Below are positions 1-8,658 of a stretch of DNA of 64,000 nt, in pieces (positions within the stretch are counted from its first letter, which is position 1; the number at the start of each line of letters is the position of its first letter). The translations under genes and the position numbers were made by a program. Below the pieces are notes generated by a model. That model had not been told where the DNA came from and ran no database searches. It saw only the letters and a list, made by a program, of their open reading frames with translations. Origin of the DNA: a virus (taxonomy: Duplodnaviria; Heunggongvirae; Uroviricota; Caudoviricetes); IMG/VR virus record IMGVR_UViG_3300021963_000024; one strand, written 5' to 3'.

Positions 1-1082
1 GACCAATAATCAGTTGTGAATGCGTTTTGCTGTAACATCTCTAAGATTTCTAAGTCGATTTCCAAAGAAATATACTCAGATAACATTTGAGTTAATTCAG
101 CTTCAGCATCTACTGAATGGTAAGCGTTTAAGTCTTGTGCCAATTCTGGAGTCCAGATTGCTTTTAACTTTCTAGTCTTAGCAACGATTGGTTCAGACTT
201 CAATTCTAATTCGATTTCAGGAATCGCTAAATCAGAACCTCTATCTTCGAAATCACCTCTTGTGATATCAGTTGGTTGCTTAGAATAGTTTACTTTTGGA
301 TTACCGTATCCACCTGCACCATGTACTACTGTTGCTACAGAAGCTGATACGAAGAAAGATGCAGAACCTAAAGAATCAATTGAAGTAAATTGTGGTAATT
401 GGTCAACTGAACCAGTTAAAGAGAAAGCTCTTACTGCGTTGAAATCAGCATCAGATGGTAAACCAATTTTTACTTTTCTGATAACACCTGCAGCTGCTGA
501 AGCTGAGTAATCAGCATCGAAATTAACATCAGCCCAAGAAGCTGTAGTTACTGTTGCTGTTAAAGCGTCAGAAGTTACATCGTTGATTGTATATCCAAAT
601 CTACCTGCTCCGTAAAGACCGCCTTCAGTAGTTTGAGTAGAACCCAATTTGTTACCTGCTGGAGATAAAGAATCTTTACCGAATGTACCACCGTTACCGA
701 ACATAGAAGAACCAGAAGCTGGTCTACCTACCGATGTAGCTGTACCGTATTTGAAATCCATATAGAAAATAAGACCTGAAGGTAAGTTCATTGGTTGAAC
801 AGAAACGAATTCTTTTGCAGCGATGCTACCGAAGATTCTTCTTACCAATGGAAGAGCTACACCTGCCCACTCTTCTGAACCTGCTGAAGTACCAGTTCTA
901 GTAGCTTCATCAAGTAATTGCTTTGCTTGGTTTTCAAGCATTACAGCCATACCGTGCTTAGAAGTTTCAGAACCTACTCCTTCTAATAAGCCGGTTTTTT
1001 CCCACTTTGCTTTCAAACCTCTAGTTTGCTCAAGCATTACGTTTTGTGGGTTTTTGCCTGACATAATTTGTTTTAAATCCAT
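1..1082 (-). CDS. gp23: T4-like major capsid protein (N-terminal 360 aa; runs off the window edge)
   Basis: Not in the ORF track. Hand translation from ATG at 1082: MDLKQIMSGKNPQNVMLEQTRGLKAKWEKTGLLEG...EWAGVALPLVRRIFG...VQPMNLPSGLIFYMDFKY...IVAKTRKLKAIWTPELAQDLNAYHSVDAEAELTQMLSEYISLEIDLEIL; these are hallmark gp23 motifs. Confidence 0.97.
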   Translation of the reverse strand, partial: MDLKQIMSGKNPQNVMLEQTRGLKAKWEKTGLLEGVGSETSKHGMAVMLENQAKQLLDEATRTGTSAGSEEWAGVALPLVRRIFGSIAAKEFVSVQPMNLPSGLIFYMDFKYGTATSVGRPASGSSMFGNGGTFGKDSLSPAGNKLGSTQTTEGGLYGAGRFGYTINDVTSDALTATVTTASWADVNFDADYSASAAAGVIRKVKIGLPSDADFNAVRAFSLTGSVDQLPQFTSIDSLGSASFFVSASVATVVHGAGGYGNPKVNYSKQPTDITRGDFEDRGSDLAIPEIELELKSEPIVAKTRKLKAIWTPELAQDLNAYHSVDAEAELTQMLSEYISLEIDLEILEMLQQNAFTTDYW

Positions 1083-1112
1083 TTTAATTAATTTTTAATT
1101 ATTTTTTGTTAA

Positions 1113-2342
1113 TTACTTAATAATTCCTGCTAATTTTTTAAATCTATCAGCGAAATCTGCAGATTCTGCAATTACTTGCTTAGCTGCTGCTTTTGGTGCA
1201 GTTGATTTAACTGCTTTAGAAGCGATTCCTTCTGAGATTGCTTTTTTAGCAACTTTGTTAGTTGAAGAATATTTGAAGTTTTCTACTAATGTAGAGTAAA
1301 CCAATTTAACTTCTCTAACTGATTTTGTTCTATCCAAAGTTTCAATCACTTTAACTTTTTGTTCGTTAGTCATGTTGTGTGCTCTGAATAATTTATTAGC
1401 GAATAATAACTTAGCGTTTAATAAGTTTACTTCGTTAATAGTTTTTTGTAAAGATTTGATAGTCTTGTAAGCTTCGTTTAATTCAGATTTTAAAGATTCG
1501 TCTTTTTTCTCATCTTCATCACCTTTCATATCAGCTTCCATTTCACGAAGAATTTCTTCTAAGTCGATTACTTCATTCTTTTCATCTTTTTCATCTTCTT
1601 TTTCTTCTTCTTCGTTAGTTACAACCACTTTAGGGTCTTCACCTTTGTCAGTTCCAGCTTCTGAACCGTCTGCTAAATTTTCAGCCATTGCTGAATCATC
1701 TGCAGGCATTTCTTCTTCTGAATCTTCTTCTTCACCTAATTGTGCTTCTAATTCTCTGATGATAGCTTCTAAATCCATGTCATCTTCGGTATCTTCTTCT
1801 TCGTTACCGGTAACATCGTATTCTTCACCATCACCTTCTTCTGAATCAAAATTGAATTCATCATCTGAACCCATTTCATCATCAGCTTCCATTTTTGGTT
1901 CTTCATCAGCCATTTGGTCATCACCTGCTTCTAATTCTGCTAATCTAGCTTTTAATTGAGCGATTTCATTTTGCTTTTCAGCTTCATCATCACCCATTTC
2001 CATACCTTCTTCTTCGTTGATATCTGCTACTTTTTTGTAATCATCAACTTGAGCACCTGGCTCACCTGATGTTGTTTTAGTAGAACCCGCTTCGAATTCA
2101 GTATGCGCGTCTAATTTAGGATTAGAGGTAGAAGAACCAATGCCTGTAGAATCCAATTCCTCGTCTACTTTTTCTGCATCTTTCTCTTCTGCTTCAGCTT
2201 CTGCTCTTAACTTTTGAGATAAGATAGATTGAAGTCTTGGAGTAAATGCTTCTTCAAGAGCGAGTTTTGCGTTTGCAAGAGCAGTTTCTTTAACAGCCTT
2301 AGCATCAGCAATTGCTTCTTTCAATAATTTTGAATTTGCCAT
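1113..2342 (-). CDS. prohead scaffolding/core protein (gp22-like position)
   Basis: Very acidic low-complexity centre, coiled-coil C-terminus (LNEAYKTIKSLQKTINEVNLLNAKLL), directly upstream of gp23. Confidence 0.8.
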   Translation of the reverse strand: MANSKLLKEAIADAKAVKETALANAKLALEEAFTPRLQSILSQKLRAEAEAEEKDAEKVDEELDSTGIGSSTSNPKLDAHTEFEAGSTKTTSGEPGAQVDDYKKVADINEEEGMEMGDDEAEKQNEIAQLKARLAELEAGDDQMADEEPKMEADDEMGSDDEFNFDSEEGDGEEYDVTGNEEEDTEDDMDLEAIIRELEAQLGEEEDSEEEMPADDSAMAENLADGSEAGTDKGEDPKVVVTNEEEEKEDEKDEKNEVIDLEEILREMEADMKGDEDEKKDESLKSELNEAYKTIKSLQKTINEVNLLNAKLLFANKLFRAHNMTNEQKVKVIETLDRTKSVREVKLVYSTLVENFKYSSTNKVAKKAISEGIASKAVKSTAPKAAAKQVIAESADFADRFKKLAGIIK

Positions 2343-2350
2343 TTGTTTTT

Positions 2351-2356
2351 CTCCTT
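2351..2356 (-). promoter_or_regulatory. Shine-Dalgarno AAGGAG before the scaffold gene
   Basis: Minus strand reads tttAAGGAGaaaaacaaATG (ATG at 2342). Confidence 0.7.
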
Positions 2357-2403
2357 AAATTTGTTCGTGAAGTTATTTCGAAAGGAAACTCCAATAGAAT
2401 AAT

Positions 2404-2488
2404 GTTGGTTGTTCGGTCACACCTTATAAGAGAAGGGTATTCATTAACCAACTATGTCGTAATAATAAATCCCATATAATAATGGGAT
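2404..2488 (-). ncRNA. putative structured 5' leader of the scaffold-capsid transcript
   Basis: Inverted repeats ATCCCAT/ATGGGAT (2469-2475/2482-2488), GTTGGTT/AACCAAC (2404-2410/2446-2452) and a nested CCTT/AAGG (2422-2425/2433-2436) in the longest intergenic gap of the head module. Confidence 0.45.
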
Positions 2489-2501
2489 ATTTGATAATAT
2501 A

Positions 2502-2509
2502 TATAAATA
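2502..2509 (-). promoter_or_regulatory. putative late promoter motif TATTTATA (scaffold/capsid)
   Basis: The same motif recurs just upstream of many structural genes (see findings). Confidence 0.6.
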
Positions 2510-2514
2510 TTTTA

Positions 2515-2536
2515 TAGAAAACTAAAGAAAATTAAA
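2515..2536. promoter_or_regulatory. 22-bp element TAGAAAACTAAAGAAAA(T/A)TAAA, copy 1
   Basis: 21/22 identical to 43962-43983; both copies lie in or at the edge of promoter regions. Confidence 0.5.
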
Positions 2537-2711
2537 AAAATAATTTATTTTTCCTTTTAGCTTCTTCTTTTTGTAACCTATTTTTTACAGATGGTTTGGT
2601 GTAATTTTTTCTTTCTCTTAATTGTTCAATTTGTTTTACGGATTGAACTTTCTTTTTATATTCTTTTAATGCACCTTCTATGTTACCACCTTTTACACTT
2701 ACAATCAACAT
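2532..2711 (-). CDS. rpsU: ribosomal protein S21 (bS21), phage-encoded
   Basis: 59-aa ORF just below the track cut-off: MLIVSVKGGNIEGALKEYKKKVQSVKQIEQLRERKNYTKPSVKNRLQKEEAKRKNKLFF; ALKxYK+K and LRxR..(Y/F)xKPS are bS21 motifs and the MLI start resembles Bacteroidia bS21. Confidence 0.92.
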   Translation of the reverse strand: MLIVSVKGGNIEGALKEYKKKVQSVKQIEQLRERKNYTKPSVKNRLQKEEAKRKNKLFF

Positions 2712-2714
2712 AAC

Positions 2715-3086
2715 TTATTGTAGATTTTCTAATCTATATTTTGTTTTATATAATAACGATACAACCGTATCAATATCATTTTGTAACCAACTCATTTGTA
2801 ATTTATCATCTTTTCTCAACTTTTCTACCGCTGCAATTAATTTAACAAAATATGCAATTACATTTTTCATTTCACTATTTGTATCCAAACCACTAACAGG
2901 TTGTAATTTAATCAAACCATATTGTCCTTGATATACTTCAACCAAACCATCAACGATTCCACCAATTGCATCATAATAATCACCCAATGCTCTATGTCTT
3001 GCATCAGAACCCACACCACTCTGTCCTACATGAAATACGTGTGCCTGTGTTCTACTATGTAATAATAAAGATGCTAATTGTTCCAT
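2715..3086 (-). CDS. ferritin/Dps-like four-helix protein
   Basis: QAHVFH, RHRALGDYYDAIGGIVDGLVEVYQG and LQNDIDTV helices with His/Asp/Glu spacing typical of ferritin-like folds. Confidence 0.5.
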   Translation of the reverse strand: MEQLASLLLHSRTQAHVFHVGQSGVGSDARHRALGDYYDAIGGIVDGLVEVYQGQYGLIKLQPVSGLDTNSEMKNVIAYFVKLIAAVEKLRKDDKLQMSWLQNDIDTVVSLLYKTKYRLENLQ

Positions 3087-3520
3087 TATTTCTTTTTAGA
3101 TTTTTTAGTTTCTTGTAATCCTAATCTTTGTTTCATTTGTTCTTCGGTGATTTCTGCAATTTCAAAATATCTACCCAATACATGACCCATATCTTCGTAA
3201 AGAGCTTCTAATCTTTGTTCTTGTGATTTTGCTTCTACTGCTTCTTTTTCAAATGCAGTTTGTAACTTTTTAAGTTCGTTCATATTTCTCTTAATAGTCA
3301 CTCTATCAAACCAATCACCACCTTCTCTCAAAGTATATTCTTGTGCAGCATCTGCAATACCACCCAATGTTTCTGCAACTTGTCTGATATCTGATTTTCT
3401 AGTCATAGATTCTCTATGCTGTCCAAATGTAGAAATAATTTCTAAAAAATGTTTTTTTATTTCAGATGGAAGTTGTTGAAACTCTTCTGTTTCTCTTAAT
3501 ATATTTTTTAACTTTATCAT
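3086..3520 (-). CDS. hypothetical head-associated protein
   Basis: 144 aa, helical, starts MIKLKNILRE; lies in the head operon. Confidence 0.6.
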   Translation of the reverse strand: MIKLKNILRETEEFQQLPSEIKKHFLEIISTFGQHRESMTRKSDIRQVAETLGGIADAAQEYTLREGGDWFDRVTIKRNMNELKKLQTAFEKEAVEAKSQEQRLEALYEDMGHVLGRYFEIAEITEEQMKQRLGLQETKKSKKK

Positions 3521-3522
3521 AA

Positions 3523-3774
3523 TTATTTCTTTACAATTTTATTTCTTTTTAATTTTTGAACCGCTTGCATTAATTCTGAAGGTGTCATATCTAATGCATC
3601 AATTAATTTTGCAATTACATATTGTTCTTTTCTTCTATTAAGATTATATCCTTTTAATGCTTTAATTGCTCTATCTAAAAATCTTTCTGCAGAAGCCGGT
3701 AGTGATACATCCATATCATCTAATTCTTCTTTTACTACTTCTCTACCAGGTATTAAATTTACTAACTTTGCCAT
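3523..3774 (-). CDS. hypothetical head-associated protein
   Basis: 83 aa, tight packing, starts MAKLVNLIPGREVVKEE. Confidence 0.6.
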   Translation of the reverse strand: MAKLVNLIPGREVVKEELDDMDVSLPASAERFLDRAIKALKGYNLNRRKEQYVIAKLIDALDMTPSELMQAVQKLKRNKIVKK

Positions 3775-3775
3775 A

Positions 3776-4366
3776 TTAATTTAATTCAATTATAATTTCT
3801 CTCATTAAATCTTGTGCTTTACACCACTTACCACATTCTTCTGCCATTTGTTTCCATTGTTTGGATTCATTGATTGGTGCCATAAATGCTCCATGTGTAG
3901 ATGGGTTAGAAACAAAATCCCAACCAACTAATTCAAAGTCTTCCTGAACCATTACAGTTCCATCTTTCAATTCTTTAACAGAACCTAAACCTCTTGAAGA
4001 TATACCCAAACGAATATTGTTTTTTAATAATTCTCTTAAAATATTACCAGAAGGAGTTGAAAGAATTTCCACTTTACCCATCACATCATCACCATCCCAC
4101 CAAATTTCTCTGATGTTATGTGATACATTTTTAAGGTTGATTACAGGAGAATCCGGATGGTCTAACTCACCCAATGCTCTTCTTTCTTTAATGAGTTGTT
4201 CATATTTTTGACACTCTCTCATTAAGATTTCTTTTGGATATCTTCTGTGGTTTTGATTTGGTGCACCAGCTCTTTGAAGAATACCTTGAACTAAATAAGT
4301 TCCATTTTCTTCTTGAACAATTTTTGCTTCAAATAAGTGTGTTTCTATTAATAATCCCTTATTCAT
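3776..4366 (-). CDS. gp21: prohead core protease (T4 gp21 family)
   Basis: NQNHRRYP, ALGELDHP (catalytic His), LGISSRGLGS (catalytic Ser), WDFVSNPS. Confidence 0.95.
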   Translation of the reverse strand: MNKGLLIETHLFEAKIVQEENGTYLVQGILQRAGAPNQNHRRYPKEILMRECQKYEQLIKERRALGELDHPDSPVINLKNVSHNIREIWWDGDDVMGKVEILSTPSGNILRELLKNNIRLGISSRGLGSVKELKDGTVMVQEDFELVGWDFVSNPSTHGAFMAPINESKQWKQMAEECGKWCKAQDLMREIIIELN

Positions 4367-4759
4367 TTATTTCAAATCTTTTTTTATTTTATCTACTGCT
4401 TTGTTTCCCAAATCACTCCACGATTTAATTAGAATTGTTTTTAATTCGTTTTCTAATTCGGTTTCGGTTAATTCACCATTTGTAGAATCACTCATTTTTA
4501 TTATTTGTGTTCTAACATATGGTAAATTTATAATTTTATTAGCAGTTGTATTATCAATCTCACCGTTCATTTCTATCATTTTAGATATATCTGATATCAA
4601 ACTTTTGTTGTTTGACATTGAATCTAAAATTTTCTTAACCGCTTCTTTATAATTTTTCTTTCCAGAGAAATAATTTATTCCCTTTTTTGTCAAATCATAA
4701 AGATAATAAAATATAACCTTACCTATGATTATACTACTCAAAGTAGTTATAATACCCAA
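4367..4759 (-). CDS. hypothetical protein with hydrophobic N-terminus
   Basis: 130 aa, abuts gp21; N-terminal GIITTLSSIIIGKVIFYYLY. Confidence 0.55.
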   Translation of the reverse strand: MGIITTLSSIIIGKVIFYYLYDLTKKGINYFSGKKNYKEAVKKILDSMSNNKSLISDISKMIEMNGEIDNTTANKIINLPYVRTQIIKMSDSTNGELTETELENELKTILIKSWSDLGNKAVDKIKKDLK

Positions 4760-4773
4760 AGCAAGGTTCTCAT

Positions 4774-5079
4774 TTACTTTTTTTTTTCTTCGTTCTTTGC
4801 TCTTAATGCTGCTAAATCCGAACCTTCTATTTCTCCATCTTTATCAACATCAATTTGCTTTTGCTTGTCACTCAATTCTTCAGGCAAACCTGTCAATCTA
4901 CCTTCTGATTTTGCTTTTGCTGCTTTATCAACAGCTTGGAAAAATTTAACTTTTTCTGCATCACTCATATCAGGAATAGATTTACCAGTTTTATCCAACA
5001 TATGTTTGAACAATTGTTGGTAATCACTTTCTTCTTTAACAACTTGCTTAATAAGTTCTTTTAATTGATTTATATTCAT
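4774..5079 (-). CDS. hypothetical protein with EF-hand-like Ca-binding loop
   Basis: DVDKDGEIEGSDL matches DxDxDGxIxxxD. Confidence 0.6.
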   Translation of the reverse strand: MNINQLKELIKQVVKEESDYQQLFKHMLDKTGKSIPDMSDAEKVKFFQAVDKAAKAKSEGRLTGLPEELSDKQKQIDVDKDGEIEGSDLAALRAKNEEKKK

Positions 5080-5080
5080 C

Positions 5081-5674
5081 TTATTCTGATATTTGTCTGA
5101 TTTTTTGGTCTAATTTGATTAATCTTTCCTTTATAGCATAAATATTGTTATTAGTTCTTTTCCAATAACTTTTGTTATCTACACCACTCTCATTTTTAAT
5201 TTTTCCATACCAATTAAGAAATCTTTCCATTTCTTTTAATTGTCTATTGATGTTGGATATGCCTCTACCAATTTTTGCCTGTGCAGTTGATTCATCTCTT
5301 TTTAATTCTAACCAACGGTTTTCATTAACTACACTATAACCCACCATATCAGCTGCTTTCTTAGCTTTCTTTTTATTATCATCACCTTTTGAAAATGCAT
5401 TGGGTGTATTATATCCTTGAACATTTCCGGTAACATTCATTTCATCAATCATTCTTTCTCTAACTATCTTACGAATGATTTCTTTAATTTTATTTAATTG
5501 TTCTGATTTTTTATCAGGCAATCCTTTATGAGATGTTGATGCGAAGTCTTTAGCAGATTTTTTATCCATATCTGCTGCTACTTTTGCAACTTCAGGTGAT
5601 GCAGGTTCTTCACCCTTTTGTGCGGCGTGAACCATTCCCATAAATCTTTGTTGTGCTTTACTTACTGCTGGCAT
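5081..5674 (-). CDS. hypothetical head-associated protein
   Basis: N-terminal MPAVSKAQQRFMGMVHA module, basic coiled-coil C-terminus; preceded by CGGAG 6 nt upstream of ATG. Confidence 0.6.
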   Translation of the reverse strand: MPAVSKAQQRFMGMVHAAQKGEEPASPEVAKVAADMDKKSAKDFASTSHKGLPDKKSEQLNKIKEIIRKIVRERMIDEMNVTGNVQGYNTPNAFSKGDDNKKKAKKAADMVGYSVVNENRWLELKRDESTAQAKIGRGISNINRQLKEMERFLNWYGKIKNESGVDNKSYWKRTNNNIYAIKERLIKLDQKIRQISE

Positions 5675-5692
5675 TTTATTCTCCGTTTAAAT

Positions 5693-5953
5693 TTATGATA
5701 ATACAGAACCTGTTCCCATAGATACTCTAATAGCCGTTGGGTAACATGGATATATTTGACCAGGAATAAGTGATTGTAAAACCAAATCTCCACCACCTTC
5801 AACTGTTACACTACCCGATGTTGCCATTCCAACCGGAGTCATAATACCCCAAGCAGTAGCTACAGGCAAACTTGCAGATGCTTCGTTACCCAATTTAGTC
5901 CAAACACTAGAAGAAGTAAAATTACTTACTTTATATATTCTATAATTTGTCAT
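5693..5953 (-). CDS. small beta-rich hypothetical protein
   Basis: 86 aa, operon-like packing. Confidence 0.55.
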   Translation of the reverse strand: MTNYRIYKVSNFTSSSVWTKLGNEASASLPVATAWGIMTPVGMATSGSVTVEGGGDLVLQSLIPGQIYPCYPTAIRVSMGTGSVLS

Positions 5954-5955
5954 TT

Positions 5956-6828
5956 TTATTTTAATTTATCTTTTAATTCATTCAATAGTTCGTAAGTCAT
6001 CATTAAAGCGGATAGATGTTGTTCTTTTATCTTTTTAACAGATTTTACTTTTTTTACATTTGCAATTGTTTCTGCTAATTTAATTTTTGTAACTTTGTCT
6101 GAAATTTTAGAACCTACCTCTTTTAAACCATCAACTAATTTAGAAATTTCAATTGAAACATATTCATTTAATTTTCCTGTATTGTTAATGTTATTAATAT
6201 ACTCTCTTAATAAACCCTTTTGGTCAGCTGATAGATTTTTGTATTTATTATTAAAGGATTCTACCAATAATTTATAAGATACTGCTCTTAAATCTTCATC
6301 TTGTTTTCTATATTCCTCTAAAACCGCATCTTTGATTTTAGAATCTTTGTTTTGAATTGAAGTGTTGATGATATTTTCTGCAATTGTAAATTTAGCAGAT
6401 ACTATATCAGTTGGGTCGTATTGTTCGTTTGATATAGTTACTTCAAAAATTTTATATATAGATGCTAATGTTTTATAATTTGATATTGGTGATTTTATAA
6501 ATTCATCCAAATTATAAGTTTCTTTAATTGTTTTAATTAAATTGTATTTTTCTTTTGTAAGCTTTTTTTCATCTAGTCTTTTTCTAGCTTCTAAAATTGT
6601 ATTAATAAATTGCTCAGCTTTTGTTTCTGAATTATATTTTTCATTAACTAAATACTGATATAGTTTTAATTCTTTAGATAATTCTTTTTTAGAATTAAAA
6701 TTTTCTTTTAAAATTTTTTCAGCTACGGATTTATTAGCAGACATTATTTCTGATGTAATTTGTCTAACTAATAATTCAAAAATAAATCCAGTATTTTTAA
6801 ATTTCGAATGTTTAATTTTTTTCATCAA
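5956..6828 (-). CDS. hypothetical head morphogenesis protein
   Basis: 290 aa, helical, KIKHSKFKNTGFIFELLVRQI N-terminus; lies between portal and protease. Confidence 0.65.
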   Translation of the reverse strand: MMKKIKHSKFKNTGFIFELLVRQITSEIMSANKSVAEKILKENFNSKKELSKELKLYQYLVNEKYNSETKAEQFINTILEARKRLDEKKLTKEKYNLIKTIKETYNLDEFIKSPISNYKTLASIYKIFEVTISNEQYDPTDIVSAKFTIAENIINTSIQNKDSKIKDAVLEEYRKQDEDLRAVSYKLLVESFNNKYKNLSADQKGLLREYINNINNTGKLNEYVSIEISKLVDGLKEVGSKISDKVTKIKLAETIANVKKVKSVKKIKEQHLSALMMTYELLNELKDKLK

Positions 6829-6872
6829 TTGATATTATTTATCAGATATAAATATACTTTTCTGTTCGTTTA

Positions 6873-8609
6873 TTACTTTTTATCCAAATTCTCTGTCAAA
6901 ATAGTCTTTTTATTACCATTCATATCTTTAAATATCTCTAAATATGAATTTCTTGGTTTGTATTTTACAGAGCCTTCTTTTGTTTTTAAAGTTTTTATTC
7001 CCAACGGGTCTCTTCCCTCTGGATGGTCATCATGTCCATATCTAACAGGGTCTTTTGGTCTACCAACACCATCTTCCTCTAATTCTGATTTTAATTTATT
7101 TAATTCTTCTTCTACATTTGTTGGTCCATCAGTACCAGTTTCTTTAGCAGGGTCAACACCTTGTGATTCAATTGAAGTTAAACGAAATGCCTGTTTAGTA
7201 TCTTCTAATACAGCTAAAGTTTGTTCATCTTGTTCATCTTTTGCCATTCCTAAAATAGTTTCATACATCCACTTTTTAGAAACCATTTTTGTTTGTTGCA
7301 TTTGAGTAATTAATGCTACTTTTGAAGTGTATAACTCAACTTTTTCTTGTTCATATATTTTAGATGGAATGGTTAATTCTAAACTGAAGTTTGTCAATCT
7401 CTCATCATCTATACCCTGTGCATATAAGTGAACAATTGCAATCTTTGTCAATTCCGAAACAATAACTCTTTGTATTCTTTCAATTGTTTTTGCAAAACGA
7501 ACATCCATGCCGGCCAAAGTTGCTTTACCATTTGTATCTTCTTCGTATCCTAAGAAAGCCTTTGGAATTTGTAATGCGGCTAATAATTTTCCTTTTAGAT
7601 AATTAATATCGTCTGTCATATTATATTCCAACCCTTTCAAAGTATCTATTGATGTTCCATTATCACTACCACGAACTGGCATATAATAATCTTCGATTAA
7701 GTTTTGGATATTATATTTTAAGTTATATTCTCCTGTTCTTTCATCCAAAAATGGAACTTTTTTAGATGCGTTGATAATTTTTTGCATATAGTTATCCACT
7801 TCGTTTGGTGGAATATTACCAACATCAACTTTAAAAATTCTTTTTTCAGGAGCTCTCATTACTCTATGAATTAACATAGCATCTTCCATTAAAGATAATT
7901 GTTTCCAAACTCTTCTACCACCTTCAATCATAGATTTTCCGTAAGGTAAAAAGTTTGCATCACCATTTAATCTAAAGTGTGCTATTTCATAGTTTTCGTA
8001 TTCTTTCTTTGCAGTTTGTCCTACCGCATTATATGGATTTTGGTATGGGGCGTATACAAATTTAACTCTTTGAGGATTTTCAGGATCGAAACCTTCAATT
8101 CTACTCATTTCGTAAGTAGACATTGGAAGTGCATTTACAATACCCAATCCTTCGGCCATTTCTAATTGTAAATAGAAATCACCATATTTAACTAAATTTC
8201 TTGTCCACATCCATAAGGTATGTTCTATATTTAGAATATCATAAAAAAGATTTTCTAATATTTGCTTTATGTTATCATCTTCGTGATGAATTTTAAGAAC
8301 ATTTCCAAATTCATTTCTGGCAGTGCACTCATCCGCATATACATTCAATGCTGATGAAATAATTGGGTCCATATCCATTGAATCGTAATCCCTAAAAAGG
8401 TCAATACGAACTTGTTGATATGCTAATCCCGATTCTACTCCACCTGCATAATTACTTACCTTTAATTTCATAAAACGGTCAACGAGGTTAGTGGTCATTG
8501 ATTGATACTCATCTGTATCAACAACTTTCACCCCATCAGGTGTTTTACGAATTATGGTATTTGTTGAAAATAATTTTTGTAACCTACCAAATATTGATTT
8601 ATCTGCCAT
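6873..8609 (-). CDS. gp20: portal protein (T4 gp20 family)
   Basis: EDAMLIHRVMRAPEKRIFKVDVGNIP, EDYYMPVRG, TSIDTLKG, YLKGKLLAALQIP. Confidence 0.95.
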   Translation of the reverse strand: MADKSIFGRLQKLFSTNTIIRKTPDGVKVVDTDEYQSMTTNLVDRFMKLKVSNYAGGVESGLAYQQVRIDLFRDYDSMDMDPIISSALNVYADECTARNEFGNVLKIHHEDDNIKQILENLFYDILNIEHTLWMWTRNLVKYGDFYLQLEMAEGLGIVNALPMSTYEMSRIEGFDPENPQRVKFVYAPYQNPYNAVGQTAKKEYENYEIAHFRLNGDANFLPYGKSMIEGGRRVWKQLSLMEDAMLIHRVMRAPEKRIFKVDVGNIPPNEVDNYMQKIINASKKVPFLDERTGEYNLKYNIQNLIEDYYMPVRGSDNGTSIDTLKGLEYNMTDDINYLKGKLLAALQIPKAFLGYEEDTNGKATLAGMDVRFAKTIERIQRVIVSELTKIAIVHLYAQGIDDERLTNFSLELTIPSKIYEQEKVELYTSKVALITQMQQTKMVSKKWMYETILGMAKDEQDEQTLAVLEDTKQAFRLTSIESQGVDPAKETGTDGPTNVEEELNKLKSELEEDGVGRPKDPVRYGHDDHPEGRDPLGIKTLKTKEGSVKYKPRNSYLEIFKDMNGNKKTILTENLDKK

Positions 8610-8626
8610 CTATGATATAATTTTTT

Positions 8627-8658
8627 ATAATATACGAATTTTTTTTGGGTTTACCAAA
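8627..8658 (-). promoter_or_regulatory. Bacteroidota sigma70-like promoter upstream of portal (imperfect -7)
   Basis: Minus strand TTTG-N20-TATATTAT versus the Bacteroidota consensus TTTG-N19-21-TAnnTTTG. Confidence 0.4.
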
